A stretch of DNA of 64,000 bases from Williopsis jadinii. Lineage: Eukaryota. Location: positions 682,001 through 746,000 of the forward strand of contig AP024667.1 of the NCBI GenBank assembly GCA_024346625.1, written 5' to 3'. Shown here piece after piece: positions 11,254 through 22,069 of the stretch. The notes under the pieces are model-generated. The model was not told where the DNA came from and did not search any database. It saw nothing but the letters and a program-made list of their open reading frames with translations. The stretch's first letter is position 1; each line of letters opens with the position of its first letter. The position numbers were made by a program, and so were the translations under genes.

Positions 11254-11881
11254 ACGCACTCCTCACATTTATACCTCCACCACCACCCCCACCTTATGAA
11301 CCCGCTTGCTTTTACTTAGCATCACTTATTTACGATTTAAAGAGACGATTCCATTTTTTTTCATGTACACATCCAAAGCTGTTAGGTAACCACAGAGATA
11401 CAAATGATGAGCCTGCTCAACTACCCCGTAACCATAGCGTCCCTTACATCCCACCATGGCTGTGTGCTATGCGTCGTAGCATAGATCGTGCGGGAAATTT
11501 GCGTGTGTGTGCTTTGCTTACCGTTTGCGGCTCTTTTCCGTTTCCGGCAAATGGGCACCGCTGTTCCCCGTGGGTTGTCGGGAAACCCTTGGATGGGCTG
11601 GGCCGAAATCCCCTTTGAATGTTTGGGAAGCGGGAAAAAATTGAACATCACACACACTGCACCTGACTTCCAGAGGGTGTACAATAGGAGGAAGTTATCG
11701 AGGAATCTGTTCATAGGAGAGCTTCTGTTCGGGATATTATCAAGGCTCTACTGTTGTAGAAACATAGATATATCCTACTTGTCTTGGAATTCCACGCCGC
11801 AGGCTACAATTGTTATTCTTTTACCGCCAGCGCTGATTATTGATTGAGGATAGCCAAAAGGGGAACGAAGCGACCACCACA

Positions 11882-14569
11882 ATGGCAGAACAACCACTTG
11901 AGAGAACGCAATATGCGTCGTCTATCCTGGTGGCCCATAAGCCAATAGATGCCACCGAGATAGTCAGGGTCAGATTGAGCCAGGCTAAGCTTCTCAATGA
12001 CGAGTTCTCCAACTTCTTCAAGAAGTACTACCAGATTAAGTCCGATTACTTGGACGAACTGACCGCCCTCGTGAAGAGCTCACAGGATCTGAACAAGAAC
12101 ATCGAACGTGGGATTCTTGAGAATAATGTGCTCTCACAGGAGGAGTTGCAGTACTACAACGTTGATGCCATTGGCCATCTCTCTGAGATCTGGAACAAGA
12201 TCATTGCAGAGATAAGAGATGAAATCTCCGCCAACAACACCCTAAGAAGGGTTGTTGAGGGTGAGGTGATCCATCCACTGACGTCTTATACAACCAAGAA
12301 TCCTCAGTGGAGTGAGATGAGAGAGATGCACGCAAAGTTGAAAGAAGTGGCCCAGAACATCGAGTTCTCACAGGAGAAAGTTGACAAGTACAGACCAAAC
12401 CCTGCAAAGTTCCAGGAAAAGCTCGACAAGTACGAAGATCAACTACAAAAATCTAGTGATGCCTGGGATGTCCGTGCGCCTTATGTCTTTGAAGTGTTTG
12501 AGAACACTGATCTGAGCAGACTGAACTTTCTAAGAGACAGCTTGTTGAGATTTATCACTGCTTACACCGACTCTTTGAACAAGATTTCTTCAAGCAATGA
12601 GAAGACCCTTGAAACAATCTTGAACTTCAACCCGGAGGTTGAGATTGAGAGATTTGCCAAGGTTTCAAGTGAAAGCACATATATTCCAAAATCTGCAAGA
12701 GAAGCTGCTGAGTCCCCAAGACCTCCTCAATCTTCATCTTTCAACGGAAATGCTGGCACTGCCACCCCTACTCGTTCTAGTACCAACAAGAACCGCATGT
12801 CTTCAATTGCTGGCTCCGCACTCGGTGCAGCCTCTATTATGACAGGCTCAAGTTCTGGTAAGGATGAGAAGGAGAAAGGCAGACGTAGAACAAAGTTGAA
12901 ATCTAAGGTTGGCTCAATCTTTGGTAAAAAGAACAAGAAGAATTCAAAGATAACACCGCTTGATGATGACATTCCAGAGTCAGAAACATCATCTCTGAAT
13001 AACTCATTCAGAGGTCCAGTGGGAAGAGAAAGTAGAGCTTCTTCCTTCATGGCTGTTCCATCCAAGTCCTCGGCACCATCACATTTGAACCACTCTTCTT
13101 CAAACCTGAATATGCAACAACAGAAGCAAACGGGTCAATATGCAAGAGAGACGTCGCCACAGGGTCAGCAGACATCACAACCACAGCAACAGCCTCAACA
13201 GCAGCCGTTGCAGCCATCCTCTTATAGACAAGAGCCATTGCAGCCTACACATGGTTACCAGCAGGCCAAGCCAGTCCAGAATGTTGCGAAGGAGGCAACC
13301 ACCCCATTCTCCATCAACCAGGAGCCATTGAAGCCGGCTACTGTCGGCCAACCTTCTTCGGCATCTTTCTCAGATGTTTCTTCTCATATCAACGATACAC
13401 CTGTGGATTCTCAATCCCCACAATCTTTCGACAACCAGGAGCAGCACAGAGCTCCTCCTCCACCTCCATCGAGAAAGACTGGCGGATTTGGTTCTCAAAA
13501 CTTGTCAAATATTCGTGAGGATGCTCCTTACAGCTTTGACAACACGGCACACCCACCAAACGGCAACTCCATCTCTCACCAGGTGCCACATGGTTCATTA
13601 CCAGAACCACCAGTGGCCAGACGTGATATTCAATCTGGACTGTTTACGAATTTGAACGCTGCTGATTATGAAGCAAACCCAAACAAGCGTCTTTCAAGCT
13701 ACAACAGCTTTGCATCGATTCCTCAACTGCGCCCACAGAATACTGGTTCTTCTTTGTCAACCACGGGGTTGTTCCAACACCCTGACATGGTTTCTCCAGG
13801 CTTGAACGCATCCATTGTCGAAGTTGTCAATGCAAAGTTCAAAGATGGCGAACAAGTCTCTTCTCAAGTCTTGGGTGAAGTTGCCTTCAATTATCAAGAC
13901 GACGGTGCTGCTATGCCTTCAAAAACCAATGTCAAGATCTCCGGTGCTGAATTATTTGGTAAGATCATTACAAACCAACAGTTCCTGAAACAGATTGATT
14001 CTAATGAGTTTGAAATCAGTCCAAGTGCTATCCGTGAGCGTACCGTTGGTGGCTTGAAGTATTCTTTGAAAGACACTGCTGCACCACTGGTTGTTCTCCC
14101 AGTGTGGAGATTTGAACCACATCAAGCAAGTGTGATGTTGACGATCAAATTAGCACCTCACGTTGCGTCACAACTCGGTGACGGTGAATCTGTTGAGATA
14201 TCTGATTTGGTTGTTGCTGTCTCCATCGAGGGCGTTGCCAAATCAGCTCTTTCAAAACCTCAAGGTACTTTTAACAAGGACAAGTCCAGAGTCTCTTGGA
14301 GATTCAAGGACCCAGTGAAGCTCACCGCCACAAGTGATCAAAAGCTCGTTGCAAGATTCATGACTGATCAGGAAGCAAAGGAGTCTGATAGAGGTGTTGT
14401 TCTGAAGTTCACCATTAATGACACAGCCAGTGCACAAGCCTCGCTGTCTAAGTTGTCCATCTCTGCTCATCAGTATGACGAGGAGGATCCGTTTGCACAG
14501 GAGGAATGGGCTCCTGTGCCATGTTTCAAGACAGTCGTAGCCGGTAACTATAGTGGTTTAGCTCAATGA
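11882..14569 (+). CDS. SYP1: F-BAR/muHD endocytic adaptor (muniscin)
   Basis: N-terminal coiled-coil F-BAR region, S/P/Q-rich middle, C-terminal muHD (GLNASIVEVVNAKF, WRFEPHQAS, GNYSGL). First ATG at 11882. Confidence 0.9.
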   Translation: MAEQPLERTQYASSILVAHKPIDATEIVRVRLSQAKLLNDEFSNFFKKYYQIKSDYLDELTALVKSSQDLNKNIERGILENNVLSQEELQYYNVDAIGHLSEIWNKIIAEIRDEISANNTLRRVVEGEVIHPLTSYTTKNPQWSEMREMHAKLKEVAQNIEFSQEKVDKYRPNPAKFQEKLDKYEDQLQKSSDAWDVRAPYVFEVFENTDLSRLNFLRDSLLRFITAYTDSLNKISSSNEKTLETILNFNPEVEIERFAKVSSESTYIPKSAREAAESPRPPQSSSFNGNAGTATPTRSSTNKNRMSSIAGSALGAASIMTGSSSGKDEKEKGRRRTKLKSKVGSIFGKKNKKNSKITPLDDDIPESETSSLNNSFRGPVGRESRASSFMAVPSKSSAPSHLNHSSSNLNMQQQKQTGQYARETSPQGQQTSQPQQQPQQQPLQPSSYRQEPLQPTHGYQQAKPVQNVAKEATTPFSINQEPLKPATVGQPSSASFSDVSSHINDTPVDSQSPQSFDNQEQHRAPPPPPSRKTGGFGSQNLSNIREDAPYSFDNTAHPPNGNSISHQVPHGSLPEPPVARRDIQSGLFTNLNAADYEANPNKRLSSYNSFASIPQLRPQNTGSSLSTTGLFQHPDMVSPGLNASIVEVVNAKFKDGEQVSSQVLGEVAFNYQDDGAAMPSKTNVKISGAELFGKIITNQQFLKQIDSNEFEISPSAIRERTVGGLKYSLKDTAAPLVVLPVWRFEPHQASVMLTIKLAPHVASQLGDGESVEISDLVVAVSIEGVAKSALSKPQGTFNKDKSRVSWRFKDPVKLTATSDQKLVARFMTDQEAKESDRGVVLKFTINDTASAQASLSKLSISAHQYDEEDPFAQEEWAPVPCFKTVVAGNYSGLAQ

Positions 14570-14752
14570 TGGGCTCTGATTTTTTGTTTTATAAAATTTT
14601 GTTATTATTAAAGGAAACGTATAATTGATTAGTATGGAAAACGTGTTTGAATACAAGATCTGATGGAGTAGAAATTCATGAAATGTTATAATTGATTGAA
14701 TAGATCTGTCATAACAGGCAAACAGCATATGATCGTAGATGATTTGAAACGG

Positions 14753-15688
14753 TCAAACACCAAGGCTGAGGTTTCCAAACATTATGGAGTTGGTAGACAA
14801 TGATAGCGATGAGTGAGCAGAGCTTAGGCTCTGCTTCCAGAATGGTTCATCTAGTGTGGAGTACTGGGAGAAACAATGATGGGCGACTGATCTTGATAAG
14901 TTCAACAACACTGAGCTTCTGCGATTCTTGGTCTTTAGGCATTTGACAAGCTCTTGTGCTGTGAGTCGCTTTGTTTGAGGGTCTCTTGTAAGCGATGAGG
15001 ATAGTTCCAATGCAACTTTTTTAATTTTGGAAACTTCCCAATCGCTGTAATGTCTCAAATGCTCATCACCGTAGAACCTCTTAGTCTTATGCTGCTGCTG
15101 CTGTTTCTGCTGCTTATTCGATGAATGCTGTGTGGCTCTTGTGTCATGTTCACTATCCACATGGTCACTCTCCATAAATAGTCGATCATCAACACCCCAG
15201 GACGCCATCAGCCTTTCACTCGTAACATCTGACGTTCTATGGAGGGTGTTAATCAACTCCCTTGCCTGCTCTTTCCTCCAGCGCTCGATCCTGCTGGTTA
15301 TATACTCGTCCTCGATAACGTCGCCTAAGCCATCGTCATCCTCAAAGCTGGCATGGTCAAAGAGGGACTGTCCTATCGGGACGTCCAGTCCCAAGGGCGC
15401 GTGAGCAGAACCCAAAGTGTCAATCAAAGAATCATCGTCATCGTCGTCGTCGTCGTCGTCATCTTCAACTTCATCGGTCTCTCCGAGATTGCTGGTGGAT
15501 AACACGTCATAGCACAGGCGTCCCATGTCTCTTTCATGGCCCTCATGGGGTGAAAACAAGATCCAGTCGCTATCAACCCCTGACGAGCTCAACTCGTCGT
15601 ACCGATGAGCAGTCGCGGTCTCCGTGGCCACGGAGGTCGAAGGCGTTCTCTCCCTCTGGATACGCGTTGCCGTGATATTGGTGTTCAT
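14753..15688 (-). CDS. ATG30: Pexophagy receptor, Atg30 family
   Basis: Ordered motifs match recalled Komagataella Atg30: SDWILFSP (SEWILFSP, Atg8 site), YDVLSTS (DDILSSS, Atg11 site), an acidic tract, TSRIERWRKEQARELINTL, MASWGV, RFYGDEHL, and PFWKQSLSSAHSSLSLS. First ATG at 15688. Confidence 0.8.
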   Translation of the reverse strand: MNTNITATRIQRERTPSTSVATETATAHRYDELSSSGVDSDWILFSPHEGHERDMGRLCYDVLSTSNLGETDEVEDDDDDDDDDDDSLIDTLGSAHAPLGLDVPIGQSLFDHASFEDDDGLGDVIEDEYITSRIERWRKEQARELINTLHRTSDVTSERLMASWGVDDRLFMESDHVDSEHDTRATQHSSNKQQKQQQQHKTKRFYGDEHLRHYSDWEVSKIKKVALELSSSLTRDPQTKRLTAQELVKCLKTKNRRSSVLLNLSRSVAHHCFSQYSTLDEPFWKQSLSSAHSSLSLSTNSIMFGNLSLGV

Positions 15689-16452
15689 AGTGCTCAAGCA
15701 GCGACTCAGTCTCGTTCTGTCCTGTCAAAGATCTCCTTGTAGGTGTTTGATACCTTGTTGAAACTCGCGGATACCAAGGGCGTATATAAATGGTCTGGGT
15801 GAGGTACAAATTCGCAATAAATTCGAGACCCGCACGCCTACGCACGTAGATAAGACGCAATGCTGGTATTTGTATGTGTGTCACGTTCTGCTGACCTGTA
15901 GAAGGAAGCTGATAAGGAAAAGAAAATGTCTTTTAAATAGCCAATTGACTCAGTTAACAGCAGGGGGCGAGGCAGGAAGCAAGCGTGGAAGCCTTGTTAA
16001 TATGACGAAGATCTGTTGTACCAACTCAAAGTATTAAAAATGGCAAAATGTGTCAAGACCTGTTGCTACGGAACCGTTGAGATTGCCGTGTAAACTTGCC
16101 ACATTTGAGGAGGAGAAGAGCAGCTCAACAAGTCCCGCGCCAGTCTCTGCGGGAAACGGGGGGGGGGGTGGTTGACGTTAAAACGGAAATTATTATGGGA
16201 CTTTTGGCCTAGAAAGGACTAGCGAAACCTACCGGGTCTAGGACCCCCCAAAACGGAAACCTTCCAAACAAGGACATTTATCTCCGCTTTGTTTTGTTTT
16301 GTTTTTGACTCGTCGCATTTTTCGCGTTTTTGTGGTTGTGCAAACCAATTTGCGTGGCGCCAGGTTTGTTTTGTTTAGACATAAAACGCTTTTCTCTCTT
16401 TCTCCTCTCACTCGTTGCAAAGCAGCAAATAAACAAACAATTGATCGAGAAG

Positions 16453-16979
16453 ATGTTCAGAAACTCCGTTGCCCAGATCTCCAAGAGATCCTTCACCTCC
16501 TCCGGTGCTCGCTCTTACTTTGCAAAGGCCCAGTTCCTGGGCCGCATTGGTGCTGATATCGAGGAGTCTGTCTCAGCCAACGGGAAGAGATACGTTAGAT
16601 ACCCAATTGCCGTTCAAACCAACAAGGATTACCCAGTGAACTGGTTTAACATTGTTGCCTTCAGCGAGAAGCAAGTCGACTTCCTGACAAACTATGTTAA
16701 GAAGGGGTGAGTATGCTCGTTGTATCGCCGTTTTGTTGTGGCTTGATGAAGATTATGTTACTGACGCGTACGAATAAACCAGATCCCTTGTCCACGTTGA
16801 TGCTGCAATTACACAGGATAGCTACGAAAGAGAGGATGGCTCTAAGGCATCCAACATTGCCTTTGTGCAGAGTATGTGACACTTGTTCTCACAATTTCCT
16901 AATAGAAAATGGTACTAACAGTTCGAAAATAGCTAAACTCGACCTCTTGTCCTCTCCAAAATCCGAGCCAGAGGCTTAA
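16453..16979 (+). CDS. RIM1: Mitochondrial single-stranded DNA-binding protein, 3 exons
   Basis: Exons 16453-16706, 16783-16871, 16933-16979. Intron 1 is GTGAGT...TACTGAC...CAG and intron 2 is GTATGT...TACTAAC...TAG. The product has a presequence plus an SSB fold (FLGRIGAD...YVKKGSLVHVDA...YEREDGSK). Confidence 0.92.
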
Positions 16980-17268
16980 ACAGGAAGAACACTTGTGCTT
17001 GTAATGATATCTATATATGATATAACATGCTAGTGATAGTATGTGATAATATGATTTTGGATTAACTAATTGCTGATGGACTCTTCTACAGGTTTACACC
17101 AACTACACAATGTAGGGGGAGGGAAACAAACCAATAGTTGCCCCTTTTGGACTTTAATGGCATATATATGGATCATCCATTTGAGTCTTACAGTTCTAAA
17201 CGTGCCAATAATAAAACAAATCCAATCCAATTATAATCATTATACACAATAGAGTAGATGCCGAGAAT

Positions 17269-18672
17269 TCAGTGCTTCTGCTTTACAACGTAGGAATACC
17301 CAAGTTCTCCAGAACAAGTTGACAAGGTCTCTGGCACACAGTTATAAAGCTCCAAAGAATGACTCTTCGCTGAAGTGTTATGCTCTGACTTCGCACTGTG
17401 ATCAGTACCATTACCATGTGATTGGCTGGAACCTCCGGCTTGCTTGCTAGAGTCTTGTTCACATAACATTCTCAGATAATCCATGTCATCATCGTCGAGT
17501 TCGTCAAACAGTCCAGCATTACCAGAAGAGCTGATATATTCTCTGATATCGTACCTGTTACCTGACCCGAGTTTGCCAACATTGATGGAAATTGGAGATT
17601 TCCCAATGGTTGAAAGGTCATTATCATCGAGGGCCTTTTGCATCTCAATGTCAAATGTACTGTACTCTGCGCTTGAAGATGGAGGATTCTTCCCATTAAG
17701 AGTCTTACCGACGAGCCAATCAGCTTTCAACATCATTCTCTGGGACTTCTTACGTCTTAAGTACTCAATGGCTCCACCAAGTCCAATTCGACACAGGGCC
17801 TTCAAGTACATGTCGATGGCATCCGATCCCAGGCCAAAGAATATGAAGACAACATAGGATAGAGCCAAGTATATCCAAGTGATATAGTAAGGCTCAGAGA
17901 GTGGCACGAATGTGATCACTCCCCAAATGGCTTGGGAATGAATTATATCAAAATCATAGGTGTTTTCAACGTTGCTCAGACCATCGACAAAGATGAATAA
18001 GGACAGTGGCAGCATAACAACGGCAATGATACAGCAGAAGATGAGAAGCCTAGAGAATCTCACCAGGTTTAAACCGGAATTTGTGCACTGAAGGATATCC
18101 TTGATATCTTTCCTCTTCTTGAAGAAGACGAAGATAATCAGCACTGCAAAGATAACACTGACAAGCGACCAAATGACCATCCACATCGAGTACAGAACAA
18201 CTGTGACCCATGACAAGGAGGTCACCCCTTGACAACCAGAGTACTGAAGAATCGAGAATCTTCTGATCATCACCAAGTAGTTCAACCCCATTACAATAAC
18301 TGGTGTTAGAAGACTGATTACGAGATCCACTGCCACTTTCTTGAAGCTCTTAAGTGTGGGCAGTGCACTATCTGCTTTCAGTATCCTGTACAAGTTGAAC
18401 ATGACCCCTGCAATGCTTGAACTTATCCCAACGTTTGCACCTACTTGAATTCTCACCATCACATCACAGTAACCAACACCATTGTACCGTGACTTGAAAT
18501 CCTCACCACCCCATATGATGGCATCGATGAAAGTCTTTATATCCATTAACAGCAGCCAGCATATCAACGTTATCAGTGGGATGTTGAGGGCCCTTATGTG
18601 CCATATGAAAGGTGGAATTAACAACACAATGGCTATAGCAGCCATTGCTATAAGCGCAGCTTGGTATCCCAT
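17269..18672 (-). CDS. STE3: a-factor pheromone receptor (GPCR)
   Basis: Seven-TM pattern with IPPFIWH, GVGYCDV, QCTNSGLNLVRFSRLL and FGLGSDA. Likely start is MGYQAAL (18672); an upstream in-frame ATG lies at 18747. Confidence 0.95.
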   Translation of the reverse strand: MGYQAALIAMAAIAIVLLIPPFIWHIRALNIPLITLICWLLLMDIKTFIDAIIWGGEDFKSRYNGVGYCDVMVRIQVGANVGISSSIAGVMFNLYRILKADSALPTLKSFKKVAVDLVISLLTPVIVMGLNYLVMIRRFSILQYSGCQGVTSLSWVTVVLYSMWMVIWSLVSVIFAVLIIFVFFKKRKDIKDILQCTNSGLNLVRFSRLLIFCCIIAVVMLPLSLFIFVDGLSNVENTYDFDIIHSQAIWGVITFVPLSEPYYITWIYLALSYVVFIFFGLGSDAIDMYLKALCRIGLGGAIEYLRRKKSQRMMLKADWLVGKTLNGKNPPSSSAEYSTFDIEMQKALDDNDLSTIGKSPISINVGKLGSGNRYDIREYISSSGNAGLFDELDDDDMDYLRMLCEQDSSKQAGGSSQSHGNGTDHSAKSEHNTSAKSHSLELYNCVPETLSTCSGELGYSYVVKQKH

Positions 18673-18803
18673 TCTATCCAGAGTCAGTAGACGAGAGGTA
18701 GCAGTCAGAAGAGCTGGTTTGGTTGTAGTCAATGAGACGATGGCCATCCATGTTTATAGTCTCTTTGCCTCATCAACAAGAGTAGTGGGTTTTAGATCTA
18801 TCC

Positions 18804-18825
18804 CATTGACTACCCAATACGGAAA
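18804..18825. promoter_or_regulatory. alpha1-Mcm1 (QP') alpha-specific UAS of STE3
   Basis: CATTGA-CTA-CCCAATACGG-AAA has the same geometry as the recalled S. cerevisiae MFalpha1 element CGTTGA-TGG-CCTAATTAGG-AAA. It lies 130-150 nt upstream of the STE3 ATG. Confidence 0.7.
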
Positions 18826-19068
18826 GTTTTGATAACTTGCGTGGAACAACATTTCATCATTGAGCCGAAACATGGACGGAAGATGGCATGGTGATTCGAG
18901 CTTGCTCAATATCGAAACAGTACGAGCGACAAGGTACTGTGCTCTTGTCATTGACGTTGGAAAGATTTTGGTGATGCTTTCGTCGACGTGAATGGTGGGA
19001 GGCATGGAGAACAGCACACTACAGCAAGCCCCACAACTTCAAAGGTACTGTGCATTTGTATGAATATT

Positions 19069-19998
19069 CTATCTCAATGGGAAAGGTAAGCGTCTGTGGC
19101 TTCTCTGGACCAAGTGTATATAGTCCTTCTCGTTTGCTTCTGTTATTATTCCATGTCTGATGAGGAAGTCTATAAACACCACGGCACAGTTTGGCTTGAA
19201 CATGCCCTTGTTGAGTTCCTCCAAAGCTTCGTCCAAGGTCATGAGAAAGAACTGTTCAGCTTCCATATCAACAGGGACAGGCACTGTCTCAGCGTCAAAT
19301 GGTAGGTCAAAGATGTATTGAAACTCCGGCTGAACAAAACAGTCATCCTTGTCGTACACACCTGGTGTGACTTCGTAGTAATACGACATACAGCCAACAG
19401 AAACGATGTTGTCCTTCACAAATTGCTCATCCAGACCGCCTTCCTCATAGCTCTCTTTGATCACGGTCTCCATGACCCCATACGGGTACCCTAGTCCACC
19501 AGCGATGGTGTTATCAAGCATCCCCGGGAAGGTCTGTTTGGTCAAGGATCTTCTGGGGATCCAGAACTCATATCCACCGCTCTTGGATACACTTGGTGGC
19601 ACGTATCCATTCAAATGGATGCCATACATAACAACGCCCAATAACGGACAGAAAGACCTCTCGAGGTTCATATAAGGTACGTGCTCTGGGTAGTAGACGG
19701 TGTACAGTTCATCTCTCCAGCCTTTCAGCGATCCAATGGCACCCTGTGATCTCAATGATACGGCAACCTCGTTCAGGGCCCTGTCTCTGAGCTCAACAGT
19801 GTTCAAGGAGCTAGCAATGTACACCTTTTGGCTCTCCACGTGGAAAACCTCTGCGTAGTGCTTAAGATGAGCCGCCGTGAAGGGAGTGATGTACCCGATG
19901 ACCTGTTCCCTGTCATGGGTATACAAGCTGTAGAGGACACTTGGCACCTTATCATAGGGGAAAGAGTCCAGATTCTCAACGATATCCAGCAATGCCAT
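19069..19998 (-). CDS. Nudix hydrolase, YJR142W / thiamin-pyrophosphokinase-related family
   Basis: GWRDELY, WIPRRS..KQTFPGMLDNTIAGG, Nudix box ETVIKESYEEGGL, FKPNCA, HRRLPFP. First ATG at 19998. Confidence 0.85.
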   Translation of the reverse strand: MALLDIVENLDSFPYDKVPSVLYSLYTHDREQVIGYITPFTAAHLKHYAEVFHVESQKVYIASSLNTVELRDRALNEVAVSLRSQGAIGSLKGWRDELYTVYYPEHVPYMNLERSFCPLLGVVMYGIHLNGYVPPSVSKSGGYEFWIPRRSLTKQTFPGMLDNTIAGGLGYPYGVMETVIKESYEEGGLDEQFVKDNIVSVGCMSYYYEVTPGVYDKDDCFVQPEFQYIFDLPFDAETVPVPVDMEAEQFFLMTLDEALEELNKGMFKPNCAVVFIDFLIRHGIITEANEKDYIHLVQRSHRRLPFPLR

Positions 19999-20162
19999 CT
20001 CGTATGACTCTCTGTCGCTACTCAAAGAATATCCTTGTATCGATAGAAGAAGCAGTTGAACGAGTGATTTCTTCTCGGAGGTGGAAGCCTCCTCCGAGCA
20101 CCGCTGATATTACGGCCTACGCTCTCAGTGCTATATTACGTGTATTGTTTTCCCTATGGTAA

Positions 20163-21410
20163 TTAAACAAAGAACATCAGCGATGTGATTCCAAGGACTA
20201 CGTACACTACTCTCATGTCGAGCTTGAAATCCGCTGTAGGACCGGCGGCAGCACCGCTTTTGCTCGTTGAAGTAGCGGATGAGGACCCCGTTGAGGACCC
20301 CGTTGTGGTGGTGACGTCGTAACCTGTGTTTGTTACAGTGGAGAGGACTCTGTCGTAGTCACCTTCATCAGACGATGCGCCGGAGATCCAAGAGTTAACG
20401 CTGGAGCCGCTGATGGTGGCGTTGAAGGAAGTGCTATTAGATAAGAAGACACTGACGGTACCGTCGGAGTCAAAGACAACACCACCGCTCATGACAGAGT
20501 CTGTATCTCTCAAGATCCAGCCTTGTGCCTGGATACCGGTTCCAATGTCACCGGTTCCTTGGAAATCGTGAATTGTGGTGTATAGATGGTCGGTCTCTGT
20601 CCCGTTCATTACTTCAAAGATATCAAATTCACCACAGCCACTGGACCAGCACGAACAGTTTGTGTTTGAAGGGTATTGTGCGGTTCTTGGGATGTGTGCG
20701 TTCAAGAGCCAGATAGCTGGCATGTCGTAGTACTCGATGGATGTGGAGTTTTTGCCTGTAGCTGACGGCATGGTGAACTCGAACAAGAACATCTTTGTTT
20801 CTCCATAGAACCCGTGATACGCTGGAATGCCATCTCTATACACACCGCAGTCGTTGTCGAAGCCTGACTCACCACATGTGATGTTTGAGAAGATGGAGAA
20901 CTCATCGTCCGATTCGAGCTGGTTGTTCTCCTCGAGGATTGTTGATGATGAGGCCGCTGCCGTACCGTTCGAACCGGCATATGTGATTGCGTTACCGAGA
21001 CACTGGGAATTATCACCATTTGGAGTCAAGAACGTCACGTTCTCAGCAATGGCATCAGCCCCGCTGTAGTAGGCCAACCTGGTCCACTCAGCTGAAGAGC
21101 TCTCACCGGTGGTGAAGCTGTCGGCAACATAATACCCAAAGCTCTTCAAAGATAGCGGTCCTCTAAAGTGTACCGAGACCTCATCGTCAAGCGGCGAGTT
21201 CGGCCCGCTGAAAAGGGTTCTATCGTTCATGCTGGCCAGCTCACACTGGCAGTCGCTCGACGTGTCCAGCTGTGCAACGTGTCTGAAGTAACCTTCAAAT
21301 CCAAAGTTCTCAAACCCAACAACCCCGTACTCATCGTACAGTGCCGACTGGTCTGCAAGAGCAACAGAGGAGATGAGCCAAGAGCAGAGCGCCGATTGTA
21401 GTAGTTGCAT
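20163..21410 (-). CDS. GPI-anchored cell-wall protein of the TOS1/YJL171C (Toh1) family
   Basis: Signal peptide, FSGPNSPLDDEVSVHFRGP, DMPAIWLLNAHIPRTAQY, CSCWSSGCGEFDIFE, an S/T-rich linker and a hydrophobic C-terminus. Confidence 0.85.
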   Translation of the reverse strand: MQLLQSALCSWLISSVALADQSALYDEYGVVGFENFGFEGYFRHVAQLDTSSDCQCELASMNDRTLFSGPNSPLDDEVSVHFRGPLSLKSFGYYVADSFTTGESSSAEWTRLAYYSGADAIAENVTFLTPNGDNSQCLGNAITYAGSNGTAAASSSTILEENNQLESDDEFSIFSNITCGESGFDNDCGVYRDGIPAYHGFYGETKMFLFEFTMPSATGKNSTSIEYYDMPAIWLLNAHIPRTAQYPSNTNCSCWSSGCGEFDIFEVMNGTETDHLYTTIHDFQGTGDIGTGIQAQGWILRDTDSVMSGGVVFDSDGTVSVFLSNSTSFNATISGSSVNSWISGASSDEGDYDRVLSTVTNTGYDVTTTTGSSTGSSSATSTSKSGAAAGPTADFKLDMRVVYVVLGITSLMFFV

Positions 21411-22069
21411 CTTTCTCGGCTGTTTTCGAATCCAAGCGAGCTGATTGATCTCTTAAGCAGGTGTTTCCTGGAGAATCAAATACAACAATACACAATGCTG
21501 ACAATCGCACTGACAAATGTAAACAAGGACAAGATCAACATTTATATACAGAAGCTAGAAAATACCAGCAGGGGAAGGCCTAAGCCCACTGTATAGCCCA
21601 CTTTCCTATTACGTCTGCTGCTGCTTCGGCCGCTGCTGCCGTTGCCCGCGAAACAGACTCGAGCCCTAAGCTTTCAACGGCAGATGCAGGCTGTGTTCAA
21701 AAGGGCAAAGGCGTCAGCTGCGTGTGGGCTTTGCAACGACGCTTTCGACATGGCTTGATGTGTTTTCATACATTAATGATGAGCTTGGTTTGTTTGTTCG
21801 AGCTGGACAGGTTGAATTGGGCATTGGGGGTCTGGAGGTGATGTGACGAAGTGACGAAGTAGTTTAATGATCGCTTTGGCCTTGTGTGGACAAAAAGGTG
21901 GGCTGAATGTACAGTATGCAGTCTCATTTTAGGTGCCACAGGGAGGGAGACAAGTCGAACGTGATGACGTGCAAGAAGCAGAGAGGTGGTATCATGCTTA
22001 GGTCTGGATATCGATCAATTGGAGGCGATGAGCGAGAGTGAAACGGTTGGTGTCCTGAGGTCTCGCAGC

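Noticed and set aside
16158..16170. G homopolymer upstream of RIM1 (also C11 near 25655)
   Set aside because: Simple homopolymers with no supporting context; their length may be unreliable.
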